A stretch of DNA of 13,486 nt from a virus. A model generated the notes under the pieces. The model was not told the origin of the DNA and searched no databases. It saw nothing but the letters and a program-made list of their open reading frames with translations. Numbering within the stretch: the first letter of the stretch is position 1; each line of letters opens with the position of its first letter. This document shows, piece after piece, positions 1-8,069 of the stretch. Location of the stretch: UHGV virus genome UHGV-1760545; one strand, given 5' to 3'. The position numbers and the translations under genes were made by a program.

Positions 1-119
1 TCCTCATACCAGTTTTTTCCGTCTTCGGACCATAACCAGATAACATCAAAATTCTTTGTTAGCTGATATTGTTCTTTTGTTTTTGGATTACCTGACTTAA
101 TGTTCTTTAAATGCTGCAT
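1..119 (-). CDS. G: tail fiber assembly protein gpG, N-terminal fragment (truncated by window edge)
   Basis: Not in the ORF track (runs off the window). Manual minus-strand translation from ATG at 119..117, 3 nt after the H stop, gives [39 protein letters not shown] with no stop to nt 1. Position immediately downstream of H matches the P2 H-G arrangement; AT-rich like the 3' end of H. Confidence 0.7.
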   Translation of the reverse strand, partial: MQHLKNIKSGNPKTKEQYQLTKNFDVIWLWSEDGKNWYE

Positions 120-122
120 AAC

Positions 123-2132
123 TTACACCTGCGCAACGTTATACCATGTGCCATTGATGTATTTTTGTATCGGCCTGAAGATGGCTTCATCATCGCCATC
201 TACTTCACCAATGATTCTTAATCCGGTAATCGTGTGTCCGGCTTTTTCATAACGACCACCTCGCGCCATCAATTGAACAACTCGCGTACCCAGGCGAACA
301 TCTTTCACATAGCGGGAATCAAAATTCCCCCAGTTGCTGGGTTGCATCTGACCGTTAACAGCAAATATTACCGAGTTATCTGTATTTCGCTGGCTATAGA
401 AATGCCATCCGGCCTCATCGCCTAACTCTGCAACCACTGGACGGGTGGAAGTACCCCATAAATTAAAGGTAATATTCTTCGTGGATGTGTTAGAGCTGGA
501 TAGCGAGAACTTTTTACTATCCCCTGCCTGAATATTTTTAAAAGCAATAGCCACTCCATTCTGAAAACGGAATACACGCTGACTGTTAGCATAAACATCA
601 AGAATACCGTCTCCATTCTGTTTAAATCCGGTATCATTATCACCAAGAACAATAGAGCTACCACCTAGTGCATTCGTCGTACCAACTCCAAAACAGCCAT
701 TAATGACGGCATTAACAAGAATATTTAGTGCATCCCATTTCAACGTCATCAGGTCTTTTGTTGTGGTACTCTGGCGGCTTCTCCATTTGAAATATTCATT
801 GCCGTTATCCCCCGTTTCAAACCACATGTATGAATCAGTGTCACCATCGGCATCATTTTTAAATCCAATCTTCGCCCAGTCAGTATTTCGAATCCAGGCA
901 AGGATTGAGTCGTTTTCAAAAGTAAGCCCGCCGGACAAAGTATCGCCATTTTTTTGCACGGCGTTCCCGGCTCGGTTTACCGTTTCCTGTAAACCGAGAT
1001 ATTCGATAACAGCGGCAACGGTCGATTTCGCAAGAATATCTCGCCCGACTTTTGTCAGGATTGCCAGGCTGGCAACATCATTCCCCGTAAAATACGGAAA
1101 CCTGTCTGCCGCAGTAGCAAGCCCCGCCAGCGCCGTCAAAGTGGCATCTTTCGGTTGCTTACCCGCAAGCGCATTAGTCATGGTGGTAGCAAAATTCGGG
1201 TCATTGCCCAGCGCCGCCGCCAGCTCGTTCAGCGTATTCAGTGCGTCAGGCGACGAGTCTACAAGGGCGGCAATCGCGGCCATAACGAAAGCCGTGTTTG
1301 CGATCTGAGTATTATTCGTTCCCTGTCGCGCAGTTGGCGTCGTTGGCGTTCCGGTCAGTGCAGGACTGTTTAATGGCGCTTTTTTGTTCGTTTCATCCAT
1401 TACCGTCTTAACAGCTTTTGGTGTTGCCGCAAGCGTTTCAGACGTGCTGTTGGTCGCACTACTGAGCTGAACAAGGCCTTTTCGCGCCGTAGTGGCATCC
1501 TGCGCAGTATATTTCCCGTTAGCAAGGTCATATGCGGCCTTTACCGCTTTCGGCGTTGCGGCGAGCGTTTCAGACGTACTGTTGGTCGCACTGCTTAACT
1601 GAGTAAAACCTTTTGCGGTCAGCGAGGCGTCCGGGTGACGTCGTGACTGTTCATGCTCTGCAATCTTGTCATCAACGTAATCCTGCGTTGCCATCACTGT
1701 TGTGGTGTCAATGGTCAGCTCCACTGAGGCCACACTGCTGACGATAATGACCATGCGACAGGTCTGCGAACGCCCTGAGCCTTCGGCAAGAGCTGGCTTA
1801 TAACTTTCGGCCATGTTCGCCACGGCAATTAACGTTCCCGCATCATCGTACAGGCCAAGCTCACGCATCCAGAAACCGCCCACCTCCGGCGGAATAACCA
1901 GCTCTGCGATAATATAATTACTGTTTCGTTTGTCCTGGCTGATTTTGTTCAGCGCATGTCGCCAGACTTCGTGGATAAGCCCGGTCTGTCCGGCATCCGG
2001 AACAGGCAATTTACCACCGCCATCCCCGACGGCCATCGTGGTAATGTTGACCTTCCGCCCTCCCGGTGCGGTTGCCGCTGCCAGCTTTGCTGCACCGGCA
2101 GTGGTGATAACGGTTTTGAATTTTGTGCTCAT
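123..2132 (-). CDS. H: tail fiber protein gpH (conserved N-terminal domain, variable C-terminal receptor-binding part)
   Basis: 669-aa ORF starting MSTKFKTVITTAGAAKLAAATAPG..., recognised as a P2 H-type fiber. ATG at 2132..2130 preceded by GAGGA; TAA stop at 125..123. Position after baseplate gene I. Confidence 0.92.
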   Translation of the reverse strand: MSTKFKTVITTAGAAKLAAATAPGGRKVNITTMAVGDGGGKLPVPDAGQTGLIHEVWRHALNKISQDKRNSNYIIAELVIPPEVGGFWMRELGLYDDAGTLIAVANMAESYKPALAEGSGRSQTCRMVIIVSSVASVELTIDTTTVMATQDYVDDKIAEHEQSRRHPDASLTAKGFTQLSSATNSTSETLAATPKAVKAAYDLANGKYTAQDATTARKGLVQLSSATNSTSETLAATPKAVKTVMDETNKKAPLNSPALTGTPTTPTARQGTNNTQIANTAFVMAAIAALVDSSPDALNTLNELAAALGNDPNFATTMTNALAGKQPKDATLTALAGLATAADRFPYFTGNDVASLAILTKVGRDILAKSTVAAVIEYLGLQETVNRAGNAVQKNGDTLSGGLTFENDSILAWIRNTDWAKIGFKNDADGDTDSYMWFETGDNGNEYFKWRSRQSTTTKDLMTLKWDALNILVNAVINGCFGVGTTNALGGSSIVLGDNDTGFKQNGDGILDVYANSQRVFRFQNGVAIAFKNIQAGDSKKFSLSSSNTSTKNITFNLWGTSTRPVVAELGDEAGWHFYSQRNTDNSVIFAVNGQMQPSNWGNFDSRYVKDVRLGTRVVQLMARGGRYEKAGHTITGLRIIGEVDGDDEAIFRPIQKYINGTWYNVAQV
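1407..1604 (-). repeat. imperfect direct repeat inside H: two ~66-nt copies (about 1407-1472 and 1539-1604), 132 nt apart
   Basis: Aligning 1414-1470 with 1546-1602 gives 49/57 identical bases. The copies encode the duplicated peptide QLSSATNSTSETLAATPKAVK at H residues 177-198 and 221-242. Confidence 0.8.
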
Positions 2133-2142
2133 TATTCCTCAC

Positions 2143-2673
2143 TTATCCGGGGTAAACCGTAATTACATCGCCGTCGTAAGCCACACCACCGGCGAACAGG
2201 TAGCCGGGAATGTCCCGGGTAATGTTCAGGCCAATAAGGTGGCGGCTTGCAGGTTTGGCATCAGCAATCAGCCGTTCCATTTCCTGATACATTGCCTCTG
2301 TGATGCCGCTTTCCAGTACGCCAATATCAAGCCGGAAGGTGCCTGGCGGGTCACTGGTTTCCCACCACTCCGTCACGTTGATGAGATAGCCCAGCGGCTC
2401 CACCACACGCCGGATTGCACCTATAGTGCCTTTATGACAGTGGATGAAATAGGCATCGCGAATAACGGCGCGTTTGGTCGCTTCCGGCCACTTTTCATCC
2501 CATCTGTCGACCGAAAACGCCCACGCCAGCCACGGCAGCAGATTTGCCGGGCAGGTGTCCGGGCTCCACAGCTCACGAATACTGACCGGCGTTTTTTCAA
2601 TTTCCGCACAGGCTTTTGCAGCGGCGACTTCAAGCGGTGATGAGCCGGTCGGCAGCAGGCGCGAATCACTCAT
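2143..2673 (-). CDS. I: baseplate assembly protein gpI
   Basis: 176-aa ORF MSDSRLLPTGSSPLEVAAAKA...; ATG at 2673..2671 overlaps the 3' end of J by 8 nt; lies between J and H as in P2. Confidence 0.9.
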   Translation of the reverse strand: MSDSRLLPTGSSPLEVAAAKACAEIEKTPVSIRELWSPDTCPANLLPWLAWAFSVDRWDEKWPEATKRAVIRDAYFIHCHKGTIGAIRRVVEPLGYLINVTEWWETSDPPGTFRLDIGVLESGITEAMYQEMERLIADAKPASRHLIGLNITRDIPGYLFAGGVAYDGDVITVYPG

Positions 2674-3574
2674 CCGAGCCTCCGGTCACGACGCGGTATT
2701 CGGTACAGAAAGACGCCTGCGTACTGTTGAGCACGATGTCGGCCAGCGGTGCAGCCAGTTCGACACGCTGCACGCCTTCCACATGCAAAGCGGCATAAAT
2801 GGCAGACAGACGGATGTCACGCCCCAGCCGGTGCTGTGCCGTGATATACGCTTCCAGTTTTTTCACGGCGGCAGCGCGGATGGGTTCGCTTTCGGGACCA
2901 GGGTAAAGGTAAAGCGTGGCGTTTATCTGGTATTCAACAATGGCGGCAGACTGCACGGTCACGCGGTCGGCCACCGGCCTGACGTCCTCGCCATTAAGGG
3001 CGTTACGCACCACGGCCAGCAGATCTTCGGATGCGACGCCGTTATTTTCACGTGACAGCACGGAGATAGTGACGCAGGCCGGAGACGGACTGGTGACAGA
3101 GATATCCGCGACACGCCCGTCGGCACTGCGACCATGATACTGATAGGCTCCCACCGACCCGGCGACGCTTAAGCCTTCAAACGCCTGCTGAATACGCAGA
3201 CGATAATCGGTGTCAGACTCCATCACTGCCGGTGTCGGCGGGATGGTCGAATCATCTGCCGGGGTGATAGTCAGGCGCGTGGTGTTGTAATTGGCACCAA
3301 TCACATCAAGGTCATTACCGGCGGCACAGGCCAGCATCACCGCCCGCGCAGCCTCATTCACACGCTGACGCCAGATAAGCTCACGATAAGCATTTTCCTC
3401 CAGCAGTTTGACGAGAGGCTCGGATTCCAGCGTCAGGGTACGGGCGACCGCCTCCTGCTGGTCTTCCGGGTAAAGGGAAATCAGTGTCGCCTTGCGTTCG
3501 GCAAGAATGGTTTCAAAGTCCAGCTCCTCGACCACATCCGGTGCGGGTAGCTGGTTCAGGTCGATAATCGGCAT
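2666..3574 (-). CDS. J: baseplate assembly protein gpJ (T4 gp6-like wedge protein)
   Basis: 302-aa ORF MPIIDLNQLPAPDVVEELDFETILAERKA...; ATG at 3574..3572; TGA at 2668..2666; position between W and I. Confidence 0.9.
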   Translation of the reverse strand: MPIIDLNQLPAPDVVEELDFETILAERKATLISLYPEDQQEAVARTLTLESEPLVKLLEENAYRELIWRQRVNEAARAVMLACAAGNDLDVIGANYNTTRLTITPADDSTIPPTPAVMESDTDYRLRIQQAFEGLSVAGSVGAYQYHGRSADGRVADISVTSPSPACVTISVLSRENNGVASEDLLAVVRNALNGEDVRPVADRVTVQSAAIVEYQINATLYLYPGPESEPIRAAAVKKLEAYITAQHRLGRDIRLSAIYAALHVEGVQRVELAAPLADIVLNSTQASFCTEYRVVTGGSDE

Positions 3575-3578
3575 GGTT

Positions 3579-3926
3579 TCAACTCACAGGGATGGTTAAC
3601 GAAAGTGGCTGGCCGGTGTCGTTGTGCTGACCGGTTAACGTGACCGTCATTCGCCCGTCAAAACTGCGCGCCGTGGTGACGGATGACAGGGTGACGCGGG
3701 GTTCCCATTTCAGTACCGCCATGTAACAGGCGACCTTAATCTGCAACTCAAGCGCCGGAGTCTGCGGCTGGTCAATCATTGACGCCAGCAACGAGCCGTA
3801 ATCACGACGCATCACCCGTGAGCCGACCGGTGTGCGCAGGATATCGCCGATACTCTGGCTGATATGCTCAAGGTCAGTGACCGTCAGGCCATCACTGCGA
3901 TTCATTCCGAGATAACGCGCTGTCAT
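3579..3926 (-). CDS. W: baseplate wedge protein gpW (T4 gp25-like)
   Basis: 115-aa ORF MTARYLGMNRSDGLTVTDLEHISQSIGDILRTP...; its ATG (3926..3924) overlaps the V stop (3925..3923) as ATGA. Confidence 0.9.
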   Translation of the reverse strand: MTARYLGMNRSDGLTVTDLEHISQSIGDILRTPVGSRVMRRDYGSLLASMIDQPQTPALELQIKVACYMAVLKWEPRVTLSSVTTARSFDGRMTVTLTGQHNDTGQPLSLTIPVS

Positions 3927-4558
3927 AAAGGACTCCCGGTTGTGCCGCCGCTGTCGCCGGGGTGTTTGTGGGTATGCAGTACCTTACCGTTTGATGAGAG
4001 TTCACCGCCGGTGTGTTCAATGTTGCCGCGCATCGTCCCGCCCTTCTGCACTTCCAGCGTGCCGGTAGTCAGTTTGTTAGTGCAGACCACTTCCGGTGTG
4101 TCCAGGGTGACACGGGTTGACGCTTTCACCGTGACCACCGGTACCGTGGCAGTAACAGAATCAGAAGCCGTCACGCTGGCCGTTTTAATTCCGCTTACCG
4201 TGAGTGCACTGGTTTCGGGTTCATACTCAATCACCGCCCCGTCAGGGAAACGGATATGCAGGGCATCCGCCGACGCAGACGGCGGAGGGTTATCACCGGA
4301 ATAAATCCCCGGCAGAACGAACGCCGTGTCGAGTTCACCGCCCACGGCCAGAATCAGCACCTGTTCCCCCACGGAAGGTGCCCACCATGTGCGCGAACGT
4401 CCGGCGCGATGGGTCAGCCACTGAAGCCAGTCGGTGCACATGCCGCCGGTCTGCACACGGCAGCGACCGGCGTTAAGGTCGGTTTCGACGATAATGCCGG
4501 TGCGGATCATGTTGCGCAGTGCGCGCGCGAGTTCCTGAATATTTGCGAGAGTGTTCAT
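3923..4558 (-). CDS. V: baseplate spike / central hub protein gpV
   Basis: 211-aa ORF MNTLANIQELARALRNMIRTGIIVETDLNAGRCRVQTGGM...; ATG at 4558..4556; first gene after the S-V gap. Confidence 0.9.
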   Translation of the reverse strand: MNTLANIQELARALRNMIRTGIIVETDLNAGRCRVQTGGMCTDWLQWLTHRAGRSRTWWAPSVGEQVLILAVGGELDTAFVLPGIYSGDNPPPSASADALHIRFPDGAVIEYEPETSALTVSGIKTASVTASDSVTATVPVVTVKASTRVTLDTPEVVCTNKLTTGTLEVQKGGTMRGNIEHTGGELSSNGKVLHTHKHPGDSGGTTGSPL

Positions 4559-4570
4559 AACGGGAAGGAT

Positions 4571-4592
4571 GCCGCCGGGTCATACCGGCGGC
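4571..4592. other. perfect GC-rich hairpin in the S-V intergenic gap (8-bp stem GCCGCCGG / CCGGCGGC, 6-nt loop)
   Basis: Read directly: gccgccgg-gtcata-ccggcggc. Lies 33 nt downstream of the S stop and 13 nt upstream of the V ATG on the minus strand; no U-run follows, so it is not a canonical intrinsic terminator. Confidence 0.5.
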
Positions 4593-4624
4593 AATGTGAC
4601 GATGAGGTGTCGGGAATGGCACAA

Positions 4625-5077
4625 CTAACGGTCGAGGTGAGCCAGGATAATCTCTTCAATCATCTGCACATCCTCACCGGTAAAGCCGAGCAGAGGACGC
4701 GCCGGATAATCAATTTTCTTACCGTCTTTCCGGTTTTCTTCCGACAGACCGAACTGATGCACACTGGCGATTTTCGGTGACTTCCCGCCGTAAAATTCCA
4801 TTGATGCCTGTTCCGGGCTGGCGCGGATATGCAAAAAACGACTGGTGATAAGTTTCGCAAACATTTTTCGCTTAACGCGACCGGTCTTTTTTCTGGCGCT
4901 CTGCTGCTGGCGTGGCGCGTAGGGGGTGCCGTCCGGGGCTTTCTGTGCCATCACACGATGCTGCTGACTCTGCCGCAGACGTTTCGCCAGTTCGGCACTC
5001 AGTCGCCGACGCCCTGATGGTGACAGCGACTCAATCAGTCCGGTCAGCCGGTCTTCAAAACGCTTAAACTCATTCAT
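4625..5077 (-). CDS. S: tail completion protein gpS
   Basis: 150-aa ORF MNEFKRFEDRLTGLIESLSPSGRRRLSAELAKRLR...; ATG at 5077..5075 overlaps the end of R by 8 nt; TAG at 4627..4625. Confidence 0.9.
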   Translation of the reverse strand: MNEFKRFEDRLTGLIESLSPSGRRRLSAELAKRLRQSQQHRVMAQKAPDGTPYAPRQQQSARKKTGRVKRKMFAKLITSRFLHIRASPEQASMEFYGGKSPKIASVHQFGLSEENRKDGKKIDYPARPLLGFTGEDVQMIEEIILAHLDR

Positions 5078-5537
5078 CCCACTTACTCACCAGTTCACCA
5101 TTGATATAAAGCTCCATCGGGCGGGTGACCGGCTCCGGCGGCGGTGGTTCCGGGATATTCTTCACATGCAGCGCGCCGTCCACCTCACTGACCAGCGTGC
5201 GCTCGGTCAGCATCAGGCTGATGCTGATATCAAAGCTGCTGTCATTGTTGATGTCTGCATAAAACGTGAAGCCCTTTTTCTGGCCTTCGTCGGTGGTCAT
5301 GATGTCGGGCTGATTTTCCCGCAGCCACGCCAGCACCGGCACGATGAGCAGGTCAAAATCACCGGTAAAGTCGGTCACAATGACATTGAGCGTGTAACGC
5401 TTTTCGAATGACAGCGACGTCGCCAGTGTGGAGGCAATACTCCCGTTATCCACGAATATCCGCAGCATCTCTGGACTGGTTTTCAGCACCGTGACGGCAT
5501 CAGTCAGCGCCCTGCGCAGGCTGTCGGGTTTGAGCAT
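5070..5537 (-). CDS. R: tail completion protein gpR
   Basis: 155-aa ORF MLKPDSLRRALTDAVTVLKTSPEMLRIFVDNG...; ATG at 5537..5535; its first 38 nt overlap the 3' end of lysC. Confidence 0.9.
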   Translation of the reverse strand: MLKPDSLRRALTDAVTVLKTSPEMLRIFVDNGSIASTLATSLSFEKRYTLNVIVTDFTGDFDLLIVPVLAWLRENQPDIMTTDEGQKKGFTFYADINNDSSFDISISLMLTERTLVSEVDGALHVKNIPEPPPPEPVTRPMELYINGELVSKWDE

Positions 5538-5790
5538 CGTTTTCGTCCTGACAGTGTTTAATCATTTTTACCTGGCTGGCACAGCGTGCCAGCGCGTTCT
5601 CAAGCTGCCGGATATCAGCACTTAAATCGCCGTTCGTCTGCGGGTCACTGCCCGGCATCGGGCAAAGGCTCACTTTCGGGCAGGCGTTGGCGACAATCAC
5701 TGGCGTCTGCGCAGGCGGGGCGCTGGTGCAACCGGCGCACAGCATCAGGCAGGTCAGCGCCGTACCAGCGGCGAAAATCTTCGTTTTCAT
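5500..5790 (-). CDS. lysC: LysC, Rz1-like outer-membrane spanin lipoprotein, embedded out of frame in the 3' part of lysB
   Basis: The track ORF 5500..5907 contains an internal ATG at 5790..5788 preceded by GAGG, giving a 96-aa product MKTKIFAAGTALTCLMLCAGCTSAPPAQTP... with a signal-peptide-like N-terminus, lipobox-like LCAGC and a Pro-rich mature region. It overlaps lysB (5645..5790) in another frame. Confidence 0.85.
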   Translation of the reverse strand: MKTKIFAAGTALTCLMLCAGCTSAPPAQTPVIVANACPKVSLCPMPGSDPQTNGDLSADIRQLENALARCASQVKMIKHCQDENDAQTRQPAQGAD

Positions 5791-6070
5791 TAAGTAACCT
5801 CGTGATGGTTTTCTCGCGCTGTGCTTCACGCTTCGCGGCGTTCTCCAGTTCCTGACGCAGTGCCACCTGCGCCAGCTCGTTTTTGTCTGCCCTGGTGAGG
5901 GCAACATGAAGCTGATTTTTCAGCATGGTGATGGTCGTCTGCTGCCCGCTGGCGACGCTGTTCGCCCTGTCCAGTGAGGTGCGCAGTCTGGCGTTTTCAT
6001 GCTTCACCAGAAACAGCCCCGCCACCGCCAGCGATAACAACACGACCAGTGCAATCATCAGCTTTGACAT
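5645..6070 (-). CDS. lysB: LysB, Rz-like inner-membrane spanin
   Basis: 141-aa ORF MSKLMIALVVLLSLAVAGLFLVKHENARL... with an N-terminal transmembrane segment followed by a charged, coiled-coil-like region; ATG at 6070..6068 overlaps the lysA end by 13 nt. Confidence 0.88.
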   Translation of the reverse strand: MSKLMIALVVLLSLAVAGLFLVKHENARLRTSLDRANSVASGQQTTITMLKNQLHVALTRADKNELAQVALRQELENAAKREAQREKTITRLLNENEDFRRWYGADLPDAVRRLHQRPACADASDCRQRLPESEPLPDAGQ

Positions 6071-6483
6071 AGTTCCCGCCCCTCAAGACGCTGACGGCAG
6101 GCCGTGCGTATCAGCCGGAAAAACAGCGACGCCACGAGATAAATCAGCGCAGTAAAAATCCACCCGGCGGCAACCAGCGAGATAAACGTCGCCACCATCA
6201 CCACCAGAGCCGCCGCCCGTCTGCGCCACGGCACCGGCTGCAAAAACAGCGACGCGACAATCTTCACGGCCAGCGATTCCGGCGGCAGCTCCCGCCCGTA
6301 GCGTTCCAGCACATACTCAGTGGCATACACGCCGACACCACCGGCAACCACACAGATAACCGTCGCCAGAATCGCCCAGGTGGCGACAAAACTGACGGCC
6401 ACGCTCTGCGGGTAAATCAGGGACAGTGCCGGCATCAGCGCCAGCGACACGTTCAGCATCAGTGAAAGGGATAATTTCTTCAT
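6058..6483 (-). CDS. lysA: LysA, multi-pass membrane protein of the lysis cassette (lysis-timing / antiholin-like)
   Basis: 141-aa hydrophobic ORF MKKLSLSLMLNVSLALMPALSLIYPQSVAVSF... with several predicted transmembrane segments; sits between K and lysB as in P2. Confidence 0.88.
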   Translation of the reverse strand: MKKLSLSLMLNVSLALMPALSLIYPQSVAVSFVATWAILATVICVVAGGVGVYATEYVLERYGRELPPESLAVKIVASLFLQPVPWRRRAAALVVMVATFISLVAAGWIFTALIYLVASLFFRLIRTACRQRLEGRELCQS

Positions 6484-6497
6484 GGTGTTTACTCCGT

Positions 6498-6995
6498 TTA
6501 AGCCGGTACGCCGCCAGCGGTACGCCAGACGGTGACCAGTTTTTCCAGTGAATGCTCACGCTGACCGTAACCGGCTCCCGGCAGGGACGCCCAGATATTG
6601 CGACAGCGTGAAATGGCGCGCTCAATGCGTCCCGCCCGGATGTCATCCAGTGCACCGCGTTCGCGGATCAACTGAATGGCGAGTCTGTCCTGTGACAACG
6701 GACTGAAATCCGGCAGGGCAAGCTGTTTGCGGTAGTGCGGCCAGAACAGGTAAAGCTGCTGATAGCGACCGGAGGCCGTGGATTTTTCACCGCGACGGTT
6801 AAACACCTTCGCCGGTCGGCCATGCGCGAACGGGTGGTCACTGTAGTCGGTGAAAATTTCCGGCTTTCCGTCCAGTCCGGTGACTATCACGTCATAGCCC
6901 CGGTTTTTCGTCAGCGGATGGTTCGCCGTCCCTTCGGACACGGCCAGCATGTCGAGAAAGGCGGCGATATTCTGATGCGTGTTAATTACCGGCAT
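6498..6995 (-). CDS. K: endolysin gpK (lysozyme / lytic transglycosylase-like)
   Basis: 165-aa ORF MPVINTHQNIAAFLDMLAVSEGTANHPLTKNRGYDVIVTG..., resembling lambda R-family endolysins; its ATG (6995..6993) overlaps the Y stop (6997..6995) by 1 nt. Confidence 0.9.
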   Translation of the reverse strand: MPVINTHQNIAAFLDMLAVSEGTANHPLTKNRGYDVIVTGLDGKPEIFTDYSDHPFAHGRPAKVFNRRGEKSTASGRYQQLYLFWPHYRKQLALPDFSPLSQDRLAIQLIRERGALDDIRAGRIERAISRCRNIWASLPGAGYGQREHSLEKLVTVWRTAGGVPA

Positions 6996-7276
6996 TACTG
7001 TTTCCCCCTGCCCTTAAAACGGCGCTGAATGGCAATCTCAATCACCTGATAACCGGCGATACCCAGCATGGAGCCGATACCGCACACCGCAGGCAGTGAC
7101 AGGTCAGGAAACTGCACCAGAACAACACCGGCAACCATCGAGACAAAACCACCGAGCAACATGCGCCCGATAAACAGACGCGGGGTGATGGGTTCACCAC
7201 CGGCAAGCACCTTGCCGACAACAATCAGCACCCCAATCATGAAAAGCGACAGGACGCTTTTTTCTTCTGCTGTCAT
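6995..7276 (-). CDS. Y: holin gpY
   Basis: 93-aa ORF MTAEEKSVLSLFMIGVLIVVGKVLAGG... with hydrophobic transmembrane segments and a basic C-terminus (RRFKGRGKQ); directly upstream of the endolysin. Confidence 0.9.
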   Translation of the reverse strand: MTAEEKSVLSLFMIGVLIVVGKVLAGGEPITPRLFIGRMLLGGFVSMVAGVVLVQFPDLSLPAVCGIGSMLGIAGYQVIEIAIQRRFKGRGKQ

Positions 7277-7279
7277 GCG

Positions 7280-7483
7280 TTACTCCCACAGATTGACAGT
7301 TTCAGCCACGGGCGCGGTCTGAACGTCGGGCAGTTCGACGGCGGTGCCGTGTGGCAGCACCGCACCCAGTTCAGCCAGTCCCGGATTTGCGGCGAGCACG
7401 GTCTCAACCACGCCCTCAGTGCGCCCGTAATACCGGACACAAATGGCGTCGAGCGTGTCGCCCTGTAGCGCAAAGGTCTTCAT
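7280..7483 (-). CDS. X: tail protein gpX
   Basis: The track ORF 7280..7552 is an over-extension. The internal ATG at 7483..7481 gives a 67-aa product MKTFALQGDTLDAICVRYYGRTEGVVETVLAANPGLAELG... and overlaps the L stop (7485..7483) by 1 nt. Confidence 0.88.
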   Translation of the reverse strand: MKTFALQGDTLDAICVRYYGRTEGVVETVLAANPGLAELGAVLPHGTAVELPDVQTAPVAETVNLWE

Positions 7484-7992
7484 CAGATTTGACTCACGAT
7501 GCAGCGCGGCTTGTCCTGGATGCGCGCCACTGCCCAGCGCATATCCCGCCACAGCTCATCAATGGTGCTGTCAATGCTGTCGGCCTTCTTGTCGCCTTTC
7601 GCACTGGCATCCACACCGCGATAACGTTCATAAAGCGACGCGGTCGCCATCGCACACACGGCGCGCTCGTAGTAAAAAACTTTGATGCTTTCACCGTCGA
7701 TGTCGTCCGCCGGGACGTCCGCCAGACGCGTAAAACCGGCGGCAATTTTCTGTTCGCGGTACTCGTACAGCTCCGCATTCGTCTCCGCCATGCCTGACTT
7801 GATGGCCTCACGCAGACGGGCGGGGGCGACGGTCTGCTCAAGGCGCATACGTTCCCGGACGCGCTTCGGGTCGATATCGGGAAAAAAGAACGTGTTTTTA
7901 ATCACCGGCTCGTCGCCTGCCGGTTGCGGGATGACCACCGTACCCTCACCGGACACGGGAGCCTCCTTTCGCGGAATAATCAGCGTCATCAT
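7483..7992 (-). CDS. L: head completion / stabilisation protein gpL
   Basis: The track ORF 7483..8052 is over-extended. The ATGATG at 7992..7987, preceded by GAGGT, gives a 169-aa product MMTLIIPRKEAPVSGEGTVVIPQPAGDEPVIKNTFFFPDIDPK... Confidence 0.88.
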   Translation of the reverse strand: MMTLIIPRKEAPVSGEGTVVIPQPAGDEPVIKNTFFFPDIDPKRVRERMRLEQTVAPARLREAIKSGMAETNAELYEYREQKIAAGFTRLADVPADDIDGESIKVFYYERAVCAMATASLYERYRGVDASAKGDKKADSIDSTIDELWRDMRWAVARIQDKPRCIVSQI

Positions 7993-8010
7993 GACTACCT
8001 CTGAAAAGTC

Positions 8011-8069
8011 GGGCGGTGGACGCCGGTGCAGTGTCAGGTGATTCACCCTCACTGACCGGCGTGCCGCCC
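8011..8069 (-). terminator. candidate attenuator: GC-rich imperfect hairpin plus short U-run in the M-L intergenic gap
   Basis: Plus-strand 8011-8031 (gggcggtggacgccggtgcag) is an imperfect inverted repeat of 8052-8069 (ctgaccggcgtgccgccc), giving about 16 paired bases in blocks of 6, 7 and 3. On the minus-strand mRNA the stem is followed 3 nt later by UUUU (plus 8004-8007), then GAGGT and the L start. Structure is read from sequence; function is inferred. Confidence 0.4.

Noticed and set aside
703-1308. 201-aa plus-strand ORF antisense to H; similar long antisense or alternate-frame ORFs at 1930-2640, 2474-3055, 4256-4780, 8089-8688, 11026-11736, 12250-12699 and 12853-13332
   Set aside because: All lie entirely within well-supported genes on the other strand or in another frame, in GC-rich DNA where stop codons are rare. 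Their translations are low-complexity (Arg/Ala/Ser/Pro-rich) with no recognisable domain, and none has a convincing ribosome-binding site. I treat them as compositional artefacts.
4595-4623. TGT-N10-ACA element (4608-4623) and nearby TGT at 4595 as a candidate Ogr/Delta-type activator site for P_V
   Set aside because: Spacing is N10, not the N12 of the consensus as I recall it, and the centre is only about 58 nt upstream of the V ATG, which would leave essentially no 5' leader if it were a -55 site. Noted under the S-V finding but not called as a feature.
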